This document shows, one piece after another, positions 1 through 7,427 of a DNA stretch of 50,933 nt (position 1 is the stretch's first letter; each line of letters starts with the position of its first letter). The position numbers and the translations under genes were made by a program. Source of the DNA: a virus (taxonomy: Duplodnaviria; Caudoviricetes); IMG/VR virus record IMGVR_UViG_3300020042_005652, positions 1-50,933 of that record, one strand, 5' to 3'. The notes beneath the pieces were generated by a model that searched no databases, was not told where the DNA came from, and saw nothing but the letters and a program-made list of their open reading frames with translations.

Positions 1-151
1 TGATCCGATACGCACCGCCCTCATTTTCACGGTATTCCTTGCGATTCTGGCGGATTTCCTTGGAGGATTCGGAAGCGCAAAGATCTTCCCATCCTTGCCC
101 GTAATGTCCTTGGAGGACAAAGAGATATTCGTATTTATTGGTTTTGGTCAT
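1..151 (-). CDS. hypothetical early protein (runs off window)
   Basis: ATG at 151 preceded by TAAAAACTAGAC-CAGAAT-N6; open frame MTKTNKYEYLFVLQGHYGQGWEDL to window edge. Confidence 0.7.
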   Translation of the reverse strand, partial: MTKTNKYEYLFVLQGHYGQGWEDLCASESSKEIRQNRKEYRENEGGAYRI

Positions 152-165
152 GGTGTTATTCTGGT

Positions 166-300
166 CTAGTTTTTAACTTCAATATCCGCTATGGATTGGG
201 CATCGGATGTGTTGCATCCCTCTTCCTCCATTTGAGCGACAATGGCAAGCCATTTATCATGGAGGGGGGAATCTTGGTGGCATGGTGGTAGTTCCTTCAT
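166..300 (-). CDS. hypothetical 44-aa protein
   Basis: MKELPPCHQDSPLHDKWL...EVKN*; motif promoter upstream, stop is the TAG of the next motif; below ORF-track cutoff. Confidence 0.65.
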   Translation of the reverse strand: MKELPPCHQDSPLHDKWLAIVAQMEEEGCNTSDAQSIADIEVKN

Positions 301-321
301 GTCCTCAGTCTAGGCTAGTTT

Positions 322-504
322 TTAAACAGGTTGAATCATTTCAAAGGGAAGATATCCCTCAGTTTCATCATCGCAACAATCACCGTTTTCATCATCAAAC
401 TCGACTTGATCGCCAGCAATGAATTCTTGTTTTGTCCATTTTTTCTTTTTGCAATCCCATGTTTGGATCACAAAGCCATACGTTATTTTATTGATTTTGG
501 TCAT
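322..504 (-). CDS. hypothetical protein
   Basis: ORF bounded by motifs on both sides. Confidence 0.7.
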   Translation of the reverse strand: MTKINKITYGFVIQTWDCKKKKWTKQEFIAGDQVEFDDENGDCCDDETEGYLPFEMIQPV

Positions 505-525
505 GGTGTTATTCTATTCTAGTTT

Positions 526-720
526 TTAAGCGAAGAGATCATCCACATGGCGAACGATCCAAGGCTGATTCTTGCCCTTTTCCAGAGCGGCAAAGATTTC
601 CTTGCCTTTGATGTATGCCCGAACGGTTCCGGCTTGCCAATCCTTTTCCAGAAGCAGTCCTGCACTTTCCAGTGCTTGGACCATTGCTTTAACGTGTTGT
701 TTTGTAAGTAGCTTTGTCAT
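526..720 (-). CDS. hypothetical protein
   Basis: ORF bounded by motifs on both sides. Confidence 0.75.
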   Translation of the reverse strand: MTKLLTKQHVKAMVQALESAGLLLEKDWQAGTVRAYIKGKEIFAALEKGKNQPWIVRHVDDLFA

Positions 721-737
721 GGTGAGTGTATTCTGGT

Positions 738-962
738 CTAGTTTTTAAGGAAGGTGTATTCGGAAACGTCTCCCGCCAGTGTCCCTGCGTCATTATGGGA
801 GGAAAACCAACAGTCCTCGCCAACGTCCACGCAATCTCCCGGTTCTGTGCTTTCAATCCAGCAATCGATTTCCTCTTGCTCGTTGTCCTCCAGTCCGCTT
901 GCATCCCCGTTGATAAGGTAGGAAGCCCAATAGATCGGTAGTGTGTATGTTTCAGTTGTCAT
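738..962 (-). CDS. small acidic hypothetical protein
   Basis: ORF bounded by motifs; LPIYWASYLINGDASGL; ends FLKN*. Confidence 0.75.
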   Translation of the reverse strand: MTTETYTLPIYWASYLINGDASGLEDNEQEEIDCWIESTEPGDCVDVGEDCWFSSHNDAGTLAGDVSEYTFLKN

Positions 963-979
963 GGTGCAGCTATTCTGTT

Positions 980-1132
980 CTAGTTTTTATCCGTCGCATC
1001 CATCGCATCAAGAGCTTGGATGATTGCGAAACGTTCAGTTGACCCTTGGCCATGATATGTGATAGATGGGGCGGCGGGAAAGGAAATGGTTGCCACATAG
1101 GAAACCCCAATCTTGTGAACTTGTATTGTCAT
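980..1132 (-). CDS. hypothetical 50-aa protein
   Basis: MTIQVHKIGVSYVATISF...TDKN*; bounded by motifs. Confidence 0.65.
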   Translation of the reverse strand: MTIQVHKIGVSYVATISFPAAPSITYHGQGSTERFAIIQALDAMDATDKN

Positions 1133-1146
1133 GGCTAAATCTTAGT

Positions 1147-1449
1147 CTAGTTTTTAAACGCAGCAGCAGCAGCATCACGAGCATCAGCAGCATCACGAGC
1201 AGCATCACGAGCAGCATCACGAGCATCATAAGCGGCGGCAAGAGCAGCAGCATAAGCAGCAGCAGCATCATGAGCAACATAAGCAGCATCACAAGCAGCA
1301 ACATAAGCATCATAAGCAACATAAGCATCAAAAGCAGCATCAGCAGCAGCATCAGCAGCATCATCAGCAGCAGCATCATAAGCAGCAGCATCATAAGCAG
1401 CATCAGCAGCAGCATCATCAGCATCAGCAGCAGTAGTATCGTTGGACAT
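1147..1449 (-). CDS. Ala/Asp/Tyr/Arg low-complexity repeat protein, copy 1
   Basis: MSND...FKN; motif promoter, paralogous ends. Confidence 0.7.
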   Translation of the reverse strand: MSNDTTAADADDAAADAAYDAAAYDAAADDAADAAADAAFDAYVAYDAYVAACDAAYVAHDAAAAYAAALAAAYDARDAARDAARDAADARDAAAAAFKN

Positions 1450-1470
1450 GGCTAAATCTTAATCTAGTTT

Positions 1471-1662
1471 TTAAACAATCACGTATTCCCCTGCCTCAAG
1501 TAGAACCCCCACGGGATCATCCTTTCGCTCATGGATAAAAATCAATCCCTTTTCCTTCCAATTAGGTTGGTTTGTCGCATGGGAAAAGCCATAGCTTTTG
1601 GAATGATCCAGAACAATATCAGTTCCTAACAGTTTGTAATTGTGTAACGGTTTTGCTTTCAT
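1471..1662 (-). CDS. hypothetical protein
   Basis: ORF bounded by motifs, inserted between Ala-rich copies. Confidence 0.7.
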   Translation of the reverse strand: MKAKPLHNYKLLGTDIVLDHSKSYGFSHATNQPNWKEKGLIFIHERKDDPVGVLLEAGEYVIV

Positions 1663-1679
1663 GGTAAGGCTATCTTAAT

Positions 1680-1949
1680 CTAGTTTTTAAACTCAGAATC
1701 ATAAGCAGCATCAGCAGCATCACGAGCATCATAATAAGCATCACGAGCAGCATAATAAGCATTACGAGCAGCATAATAAGCATCATCAGCAGCAACATAA
1801 GCAGCAGCACGAGCATCAGCACAAGCAGCACGAGCAGCATCACGAGCAGCAAGAGCATCACGAGCAGAATCATAAGCAGCATCAGCAGCATCAGCAGCAT
1901 CATAAGCAGCATCATGAACATCATAAACAGCAGTAGTATCGTTGGACAT
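1680..1949 (-). CDS. Ala-rich repeat protein, copy 2
   Basis: MSND...EFKN. Confidence 0.7.
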   Translation of the reverse strand: MSNDTTAVYDVHDAAYDAADAADAAYDSARDALAARDAARAACADARAAAYVAADDAYYAARNAYYAARDAYYDARDAADAAYDSEFKN

Positions 1950-1963
1950 GGCTAAATCTTAAT

Positions 1964-2281
1964 CTAGTTTTTAAACGCAGCAGCAGCATCACAAGCAGCA
2001 ACATAAGCAGCATAAGCAGCATCACGAGCATCAGCAGCATCACGAGCATCAGCAGCAACATAAGCAGCATAAGCAGCATCACGAGCATCAGCAGCATCAC
2101 GAGCATCAGCAGCATCATAAGCAGCATCAGCAGCATCACAAGCAGCATCACAAGCAGCATCATAAGCATCACGAGCAACATCATAAGCAGTATCAGCAGC
2201 AACATAAGCAGCATAATAAGCATTACGAGCAGCATAATAAGCATCACGAGCAGCATAAACATCAATAGTATCGTTGGACAT
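1964..2281 (-). CDS. Ala-rich repeat protein, copy 3
   Basis: MSND...AFKN. Confidence 0.7.
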   Translation of the reverse strand: MSNDTIDVYAARDAYYAARNAYYAAYVAADTAYDVARDAYDAACDAACDAADAAYDAADARDAADARDAAYAAYVAADARDAADARDAAYAAYVAACDAAAAFKN

Positions 2282-2295
2282 GGCTAAATCTTAAT

Positions 2296-2511
2296 CTAGT
2301 TTTTAAACGCAGCAGCAGCACAAGCAGCAGCACGAGCAGCACAAGCAGCAGTAATATCGGCAGCATCACGAACATCACAAGCAACATCATAAGCAGTATC
2401 AGCAGCATCACGAGCATCATAAGCGGCGGCAAGAGCAACATAAGCAGCATCAGCAGCAACGCGAGCAGCATTACAAGCAGCATCATAAACATTAATATTA
2501 TCGTTAGACAT
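2296..2511 (-). CDS. Ala-rich repeat protein, copy 4
   Basis: MSND...AFKN. Confidence 0.7.
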   Translation of the reverse strand: MSNDNINVYDAACNAARVAADAAYVALAAAYDARDAADTAYDVACDVRDAADITAACAARAAACAAAAFKN

Positions 2512-2537
2512 GGCTAAATCTTAATCTAGTTTTTAAA

Positions 2538-2612
2538 TGGTGGAGCGTGTAGGAATCGAACCTACATTGGAGGTGTAGAAAACCTCAGTCCTATCCGTTG
2601 AACGAACGCTCC
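2538..2612 (-). tRNA. tRNA-Arg(UCU), copy 1
   Basis: cloverleaf: acceptor GGAGCGT/ACGCTCC, anticodon arm GAGGT-TTTCTAC-ACCTC, GGTTCGATTCC, encoded CCA. Confidence 0.9.
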
Positions 2613-2628
2613 GATTTTGTGCTAGTTT

Positions 2629-2835
2629 TTATTCTTCATATGTCTCCTCCAGCATTCTTAGGCTTTCCCTAATTTCTGCCAGTCTCTTACATCTGAAAAG
2701 ATAAATCTCCTGCTCTTTGATGAGTGCAGGGTAGAATGCCCATTGTTGGCAACGTTTCCTTTCCTTTTCCACCATCTCTTGAAGTTTGGCAAGGCAGGAA
2801 GTATCGGTGAGGCTGAAGTCTATGAAGTCTTGCAT
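2629..2835 (-). CDS. hypothetical protein
   Basis: ORF bounded by motifs. Confidence 0.7.
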   Translation of the reverse strand: MQDFIDFSLTDTSCLAKLQEMVEKERKRCQQWAFYPALIKEQEIYLFRCKRLAEIRESLRMLEETYEE

Positions 2836-2870
2836 GATTTGATCTTACGCTAGTTTTTATAATGTGCTTT

Positions 2871-2886
2871 TGTTCCACATGGAACA
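2871..2886. other. parS-like palindrome TGTTCCACATGGAACA
   Basis: 1 mismatch from palindromic parS TGTTCCACGTGGAACA; abuts tRNA CCA. Confidence 0.5.
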
Positions 2887-2887
2887 A

Positions 2888-2962
2888 TGGTGGGTCGTGC
2901 AGGAATCGAACCTGCATTGGAGGAATAGAAATCCTCAGTCCCATCCGTTGAACGAACGACCC
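2888..2962 (-). tRNA. tRNA-Arg(UCU), copy 2
   Basis: acceptor GGGTCGT/ACGACCC, anticodon arm GAGGA-TTTCTAT-TCCTC, CCA. Confidence 0.9.
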
Positions 2963-2974
2963 TTTTGCTTACTT

Positions 2975-3003
2975 ATTATACATTATACTATTCATAATGT
3001 CAA
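2975..3003 (-). promoter_or_regulatory. consensus sigma70-type promoter for tRNA-Arg copy 2
   Basis: TTGACA-17nt-TATAAT, perfect consensus. Confidence 0.85.
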
Positions 3004-3272
3004 GGATACAAGGCGAGGATCTCCTCCTTGTCCATAGTAGTAAACATAAACAATTGATTGTATTCTACTGGTTCACCATCGATAGGACTTTCTCCTTGAT
3101 GGAAGTATTGCATTCTGAGGCGACCATCGATAAGATTATCAAAGTCTTCTCCCCAGTGCGACCCATCGAGAATAATCGTAGGGTATTTCTTACCATTGTT
3201 GTTACCGACGATTCCATGTTCTACTACTAGGCGGCGGAATTTTTTAGTATAGGTGCTGTTATTGTTTTCCAT
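3000..3272 (-). CDS. hypothetical protein
   Basis: motif-TAAGAT-N6-ATG. Confidence 0.7.
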   Translation of the reverse strand: MENNNSTYTKKFRRLVVEHGIVGNNNGKKYPTIILDGSHWGEDFDNLIDGRLRMQYFHQGESPIDGEPVEYNQLFMFTTMDKEEILALYP

Positions 3273-3306
3273 GTGTATATCTTAATCTAGTTTTTAAATG
3301 GTGAAT

Positions 3307-3322
3307 TGTTCCACATGGAACA
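3307..3322. other. parS-like palindrome, second copy
   Basis: identical TGTTCCACATGGAACA abutting CCA of tRNA-Arg copy 3. Confidence 0.5.
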
Positions 3323-3323
3323 A

Positions 3324-3398
3324 TGGTGGGTCGTGTAGGAATCGAACCTGCATTGGAGGAATAGAAATCCTCAGTCCTATCCGTTGAACGAACGACCC
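3324..3398 (-). tRNA. tRNA-Arg(UCU), copy 3
   Basis: near-identical to copy 2; C-A mismatch in T stem. Confidence 0.85.
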
Positions 3399-3410
3399 GT
3401 TTATAGAAAA

Positions 3411-3486
3411 TGGTGGGGACGGATGGACTTGAACCAACGGCCAAGGATTTATGAGATCCCTGCTCTAACCACTGAGCTACACCCCC
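3411..3486 (-). tRNA. tRNA with CAU anticodon, probably Ile2 (lysidine type)
   Basis: GGGGGTGTAGCTCAGTGGTTAGAGCA, loop CTCATAA, CCA; lacks initiator C1:A72 and GGG/CCC stem. Confidence 0.8.
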
Positions 3487-3502
3487 TATTAAATTTTAAA
3501 TC

Positions 3503-3577
3503 TGGTAGTCCCGGTGGTAATTGAAACCACGTCTCCCCCTTATAAAGAAGGTGCTATCACCTCTCAGCTACGGGACA
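3503..3577 (-). tRNA. tRNA-Ile(UAU), atypical
   Basis: acceptor GTCCCG/CGGGAC with U1-U72, anticodon arm CCTTC-TTTATAA-GGGGG, T arm GTGGT-TTCAATT-ACCAC, CCA. Confidence 0.65.
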
Positions 3578-3598
3578 ATGCTATGCTAGTTTTTAAAG

Positions 3599-3680
3599 TG
3601 GGAGTGGGGGGAATCGAACCCCCAAAGCTTGCGCCGACAGATTTTAAGTCTGTAGTGTTTACCAATTTCACCACACTCCC
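3599..3680 (-). tRNA. tRNA-Leu(UAA)
   Basis: ACAGA-CTTAAAA-TCTGT, long variable arm, A73, no encoded CCA. Confidence 0.9.
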
Positions 3681-3689
3681 AAAGTATCA

Positions 3690-3758
3690 TCATTTAATGA
3701 TCCCGCTGTGATAGTCAATCATGTCTTGGATGTCGCTTTCATTCATATTGTCAGGCAT
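3690..3758 (-). CDS. 22-aa micro-ORF
   Basis: MPDNMNESDIQDMIDYHSGIIK directly behind motif-CAGAAT-N6. Confidence 0.4.
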   Translation of the reverse strand: MPDNMNESDIQDMIDYHSGIIK

Positions 3759-3779
3759 GGTGCTATTCTGTGCTAGTTT

Positions 3780-3998
3780 TTATGCGATGAAGAATTCGCT
3801 TTCCTTGCCATTCACTGTGACATTATTTTGCCATGTCAAACCCGTATAGCTATTATTCGCCGTGCAATGAATCAGCCATTGCTCATCGTTTTCATCCAAA
3901 GTTGGCGATTTGATTGGATTGATCACTTTGTAAATTTTCGATGCCCAATGCACCTGTTTTCCATCCCGAACCGCTTTTTTGATTTCGTTTAACGTCAT
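3780..3998 (-). CDS. hypothetical protein
   Basis: ORF bounded by motifs. Confidence 0.75.
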   Translation of the reverse strand: MTLNEIKKAVRDGKQVHWASKIYKVINPIKSPTLDENDEQWLIHCTANNSYTGLTWQNNVTVNGKESEFFIA

Positions 3999-4231
3999 GT
4001 CAGTATTCTACGCTAGTTTTTAAGTGTATTTTTGTGTATTTTTGTGTATCCGTCTATTCCAATTCTTAGCCTTGGCTAAATTTCTTATTTTCAACATATT
4101 TTCTTATCAATGAGTTAGATTGTTTCAGTAGAAACAATTTTTAAAATAATATACAATTTCCCAAACGATCATTATTATCATTATCCATGAAAACAATCCC
4201 AAAATTACCAATTCGGTTAGTGCTTTTCCAG

Positions 4232-4483
4232 TCATAATTTACTGTTTAGTTTTTCCGCAACTTCTTGTGCTTCCCCCATCGTTTCCAGAATTTTTCCATA
4301 GAAGTAATTGGAATAGGTGATTATTCCCTGATTATTAACTTCCATGGAAGGCTTGTGAATCACCTCATAGGCTTCTTCGGGTTGCGGCATTGCACCATGG
4401 AAGGAAACGTGCTTGGGAAGGGAAAGATGGGCATATTCATCCTTGAGCTTCCAGAGGGGATTTGATATCGCTTTGTAGGTCAT
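4232..4483 (-). CDS. hypothetical protein
   Basis: motif-CAGAAT-N6-ATG. Confidence 0.7.
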   Translation of the reverse strand: MTYKAISNPLWKLKDEYAHLSLPKHVSFHGAMPQPEEAYEVIHKPSMEVNNQGIITYSNYFYGKILETMGEAQEVAEKLNSKL

Positions 4484-4497
4484 GGCAGTATTCTGTT

Positions 4498-4698
4498 CTA
4501 GTTTTTAAACAACCATTGTCCTGTGCTGGCAAAGGTTTCCATTCTTTTGATATCTGGTTCCCTTGGATTTTCGACTTTCACCAAGCTTCCATCCATGCGT
4601 CTTTGGATTCCTGTATTGGAAACGGTCCCCAGCATGATACATTGGAAACCATCCCATTCCACGGGAATTCTGATGTTGTCTTTCTCTTGGTATGTCAT
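4498..4698 (-). CDS. hypothetical protein
   Basis: bounded by motifs; ends LFKN*. Confidence 0.7.
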   Translation of the reverse strand: MTYQEKDNIRIPVEWDGFQCIMLGTVSNTGIQRRMDGSLVKVENPREPDIKRMETFASTGQWLFKN

Positions 4699-4729
4699 GG
4701 TTTATTATTGTTTTATTATTGTTTAGTTT

Positions 4730-5020
4730 TTAAAGGCAGCTTTCAGCATCTGCTAGAATTTCCTTGGCAACTTCCCGGCAATTGGAATTCCGAAAGAGAT
4801 ATCCCACTCCCCATGTGGGATAAGGATAGGCTCCCCCCGTGTAGCTATTGTCTCCCGTTTGCCATCCCCATTCACCGTTTTCCGTATTGATTCCAATTGT
4901 GATTTGCACGGAAGGTGTATCGTCCCCATCAAATGCACGGGAATCATTGTCGATATATTTCTTACAATGCAGGAGAAGATTTGTGATTTCCTTGATCGTT
5001 GGTAGCTTGTGTTTCGTCAT
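4730..5020 (-). CDS. hypothetical protein
   Basis: bounded by motifs; QTGDNSYTGGAY. Confidence 0.75.
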   Translation of the reverse strand: MTKHKLPTIKEITNLLLHCKKYIDNDSRAFDGDDTPSVQITIGINTENGEWGWQTGDNSYTGGAYPYPTWGVGYLFRNSNCREVAKEILADAESCL

Positions 5021-5044
5021 GGCAGTATTCTGTTCTAGTTTTTA

Positions 5045-5080
5045 AGAAAAGAAAACCCCCCGCTTTGAAGCGAGGGGTTC
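5045..5080 (-). terminator. intrinsic terminator
   Basis: GAACCCCTCGCTTCAAAGCGGGGGGTTTTCTTTTCT hairpin plus U tract. Confidence 0.85.
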
Positions 5081-5087
5081 CTTTACC

Positions 5088-5330
5088 TTAGAACGATTTC
5101 ACGCCATTCATTCTCATCTCTCTTGCCAGATCACGAACATCGATTGGATAAACCCCTACGGAATGCTGGTTCTTTTTAATGGTTGCAGATGCACCACCCC
5201 CCAGAATGTGAAAGCTACCATCCTTGGATTGGATCATGTTCACCGTGAATAGCTTGGTCCTTTTGCGCTGGTCAGGACTGCGTAGCCATTGCTTGTTTTT
5301 ACGTGCTGATTTTTCGTTTTTGGTTGTCAT
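5088..5330 (-). CDS. small basic protein, paralog of 30506..30760
   Basis: RKNKQWLRSPDQRKRTKLFTVNM shared; (ACAAA)n leader; terminator follows. Confidence 0.85.
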   Translation of the reverse strand: MTTKNEKSARKNKQWLRSPDQRKRTKLFTVNMIQSKDGSFHILGGGASATIKKNQHSVGVYPIDVRDLAREMRMNGVKSF

Positions 5331-5369
5331 ATTATTGTTTTGTTTTGTTTTGTTTTGTTTTGTCAGAGA

Positions 5370-5612
5370 TTATTTTTTAACGACTTTTTTAAAAGATTCG
5401 TGAAGCGATTTGAAGCGTTTCAGGGTGTCCCCCCCATTGCCTTGCCAATGCGCTGCCCAGATCGTTCCAGAATGGGGACTCTTGCCCACGAAGCGGGATT
5501 TCTTCTCATTCCCACACTTTAGCCATTGCCCGACTTGGATCTTGAGTTGTCCATGACGAAGGGCGGATTCAAATGCGGGATTCCAAAGGTCGATTGTTGG
5601 TAGGTATTTCAT
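5370..5612 (-). CDS. hypothetical protein
   Basis: motif variant-CATAAT-N6-ATG. Confidence 0.7.
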   Translation of the reverse strand: MKYLPTIDLWNPAFESALRHGQLKIQVGQWLKCGNEKKSRFVGKSPHSGTIWAAHWQGNGGDTLKRFKSLHESFKKVVKK

Positions 5613-5626
5613 GTCGTAATTATGGT

Positions 5627-5833
5627 TTAGTTTTTATCCAGCAATCCATCCCGAATCGCTTGCGTGGTTTCCTTGTTCCACCCATATAAACGGGCATCCA
5701 TGTCCAGATTCATCAGGGCATTGGGAAGGGTTCCGCAATGGTGCGCGGTTCCCAGAAAGTTCCAAACAGCGGTTTCATTCACGTTTGCGCGATTGGCAAG
5801 CTTTTCAATCTTTTCCCTTGGGATCTTGTTCAT
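5627..5833 (-). CDS. hypothetical protein
   Basis: bounded by motifs; ends LDKN*. Confidence 0.7.
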   Translation of the reverse strand: MNKIPREKIEKLANRANVNETAVWNFLGTAHHCGTLPNALMNLDMDARLYGWNKETTQAIRDGLLDKN

Positions 5834-5860
5834 GGTCGTATTGTGTTCTAGTTTTTAATC

Positions 5861-6622
5861 TTACCAATCAGTTCTTGCGCTTGCCCAGATCTTGACAATC
5901 TCCCCGCTTTTCAACTTAACTTTCACGCTATCAACAGTTGCCGAATCCTCAATCACCTCTTCAATCTCCTTGGAGAGTTGATAGGTGGGATTGGAAGAAT
6001 AACCACATGACCATTGCTCATCAAGGTTTCGCATATCTTCATCCTCCAATTCTTCTCCGTTCAGACTACCTTCAGAGATATACCATTCCACCGTAAGATC
6101 GATGGGAATGCTATAATCCCCTTGGCATCGCATGAACAGGGGAAAAGCATATCCTCCCCGTGCATCGCATCCCGTATGAGCATAGCATACCATCAAAGCA
6201 TCTTCCAGATAAATCCAGTCTCCTTGATCATCTGCTTCCCATACTTCCCAAACATAGTTCTGAGATAAGTCATTTTCATTGTTATATGTATTGTCCCTTG
6301 CAAGTTGTTTCAGTCCCAACACATCTTTTGCAAAGGTTTCCCCCGCTTCAAACCATGATAGATCGGAATTTTCTTCCAATTCCGCCCATGCTTCAAATTG
6401 CTCTTGGATATCAAAATCCACTTCACAAGTCTTGGCAAGGAAAAGAGCGGTTTCAATGGTTGCAATGACTTCATTACTATACACATCAATTGTGATGAGT
6501 GGTTGATCTTCGGAGATTGGAGGTTTGTCGTAATGTCTTCCGTAATGGTCACCAGAGTCGAGAAATGACTTGCCTGTATTGAATCGGAATGCCTTGGCGA
6601 TTGTTTCTAAGTTCTTTGTCAT
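5861..6622 (-). CDS. acidic hypothetical protein
   Basis: 253 aa, motif promoter; LDSGDHYGRHY, NTYNNENDLSQ, HTGCDARGGY. Confidence 0.8.
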   Translation of the reverse strand: MTKNLETIAKAFRFNTGKSFLDSGDHYGRHYDKPPISEDQPLITIDVYSNEVIATIETALFLAKTCEVDFDIQEQFEAWAELEENSDLSWFEAGETFAKDVLGLKQLARDNTYNNENDLSQNYVWEVWEADDQGDWIYLEDALMVCYAHTGCDARGGYAFPLFMRCQGDYSIPIDLTVEWYISEGSLNGEELEDEDMRNLDEQWSCGYSSNPTYQLSKEIEEVIEDSATVDSVKVKLKSGEIVKIWASARTDW

Positions 6623-6643
6623 GTTCGTATTATTGTCTAGTTT

Positions 6644-6880
6644 TTAATATCCGTTGTCAATTGCCCAATCGTAAATCTTATCCAAAACACCGTTAGAGAT
6701 ATCTTCTTCCAAACCATTGCTCTTTTCAAGATATCCCAAGTCTTGAGCCATTCCAATCGATCCACTGGCATTTGTGGATGTGTTCTCAATGTCACAGTAA
6801 GATCGTTGCTCCCCATCCTCTTCAAAGAGTTCAAGAGTCACAAGGTATTTTCCGAATTTTTTTGTGGTTGTCTTTTCCAT
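6644..6880 (-). CDS. hypothetical protein
   Basis: bounded by motifs. Confidence 0.75.
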   Translation of the reverse strand: MEKTTTKKFGKYLVTLELFEEDGEQRSYCDIENTSTNASGSIGMAQDLGYLEKSNGLEEDISNGVLDKIYDWAIDNGY

Positions 6881-6894
6881 GTCGTAATTATTGT

Positions 6895-7128
6895 TTAGTT
6901 TTTAATGCGTCTTGGTCTTGTTGGATTTGTTGGGCGTGGTTGTTCCCCATCGTTGACATTGCGAAAGATGTTCTTGTATGCCGCCACAATCACCCCCAAG
7001 GGCAATCCTGAGACTTCCGCCATCTTTTCCATGCTCACATCCTCCAGAATGTATCGGGCGGAACCAATGGCTTGCCAACGATCATCATCAGTCATGTCCT
7101 CATAGGGCTTATAATTTTCAATGTCCAT
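6895..7128 (-). CDS. hypothetical protein (possible HTH)
   Basis: bounded by motifs; SMEKMAEVSGLPLGVI; ends RIKN*. Confidence 0.7.
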   Translation of the reverse strand: MDIENYKPYEDMTDDDRWQAIGSARYILEDVSMEKMAEVSGLPLGVIVAAYKNIFRNVNDGEQPRPTNPTRPRRIKN

Positions 7129-7149
7129 GTCGTAATTATTGTCTAGTTT

Positions 7150-7341
7150 TTAAGGAAGCGGATAGTAGCATTCCCCATCTTCATCCCGCCAATATCCCCC
7201 AAACAGGCTTTGATCCTTAACCCATTCAAAGCGTAGCATTATCCCCTTACATTGCTTTTCCGTTCCCCGAAAATATTCGGGAAGATCAATTATTTCCGTT
7301 CCCTTGTGTAAATGTTCCAGAGTGTGTTTGACAATCTTCAT
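7150..7341 (-). CDS. hypothetical protein
   Basis: start reassigned to ATG 7341 (motif-TAAGAT-N6). Confidence 0.7.
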   Translation of the reverse strand: MKIVKHTLEHLHKGTEIIDLPEYFRGTEKQCKGIMLRFEWVKDQSLFGGYWRDEDGECYYPLP

Positions 7342-7427
7342 GGCCAAATCTTAATCTAGTTTTTAACTAAACAACATCTCCCCATATCTTTTTCTAGCAT
7401 CATTCAAATCACGTGGAGATAAAAAAT

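Larger units (their letters stand above)
1437..2537. repeat. 39-bp direct repeat at the junctions of the Ala-rich cassettes (4 copies)
   Basis: tatcgttggacatggctaaatcttaatctagtttttaaa at 1437, 1937, 2269 and (1 mismatch) 2499. Confidence 0.9.

Noticed and set aside
1035-2492. Met/Leu-rich and Ser-rich ORFs overlapping the Ala-rich genes
   Set aside because: Shadow frames of (GCT/GAT)n repeats; only the Ala frame starts at the element-defined ATG and stops in the next element.
1147-2537. CRISPR array formed by the 39-bp repeats or the 10-bp elements
   Set aside because: Spacers are 150-1000 bp whole genes of unequal length; no cas genes seen.
2538-3398. Amber suppressor (CUA) reading of the TTTCTA loops and TAG recoding
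   Set aside because: 5-bp stems centre TCT in the 7-nt loop, and conserved genes read intact with TAG as a stop.
4023-4231. Replication origin in AT-rich gap with three GTGTAT(TTTT) repeats
   Set aside because: Too short and unspecific; the repeats may encode the end of a 25-aa basic ORF that stops in the element.
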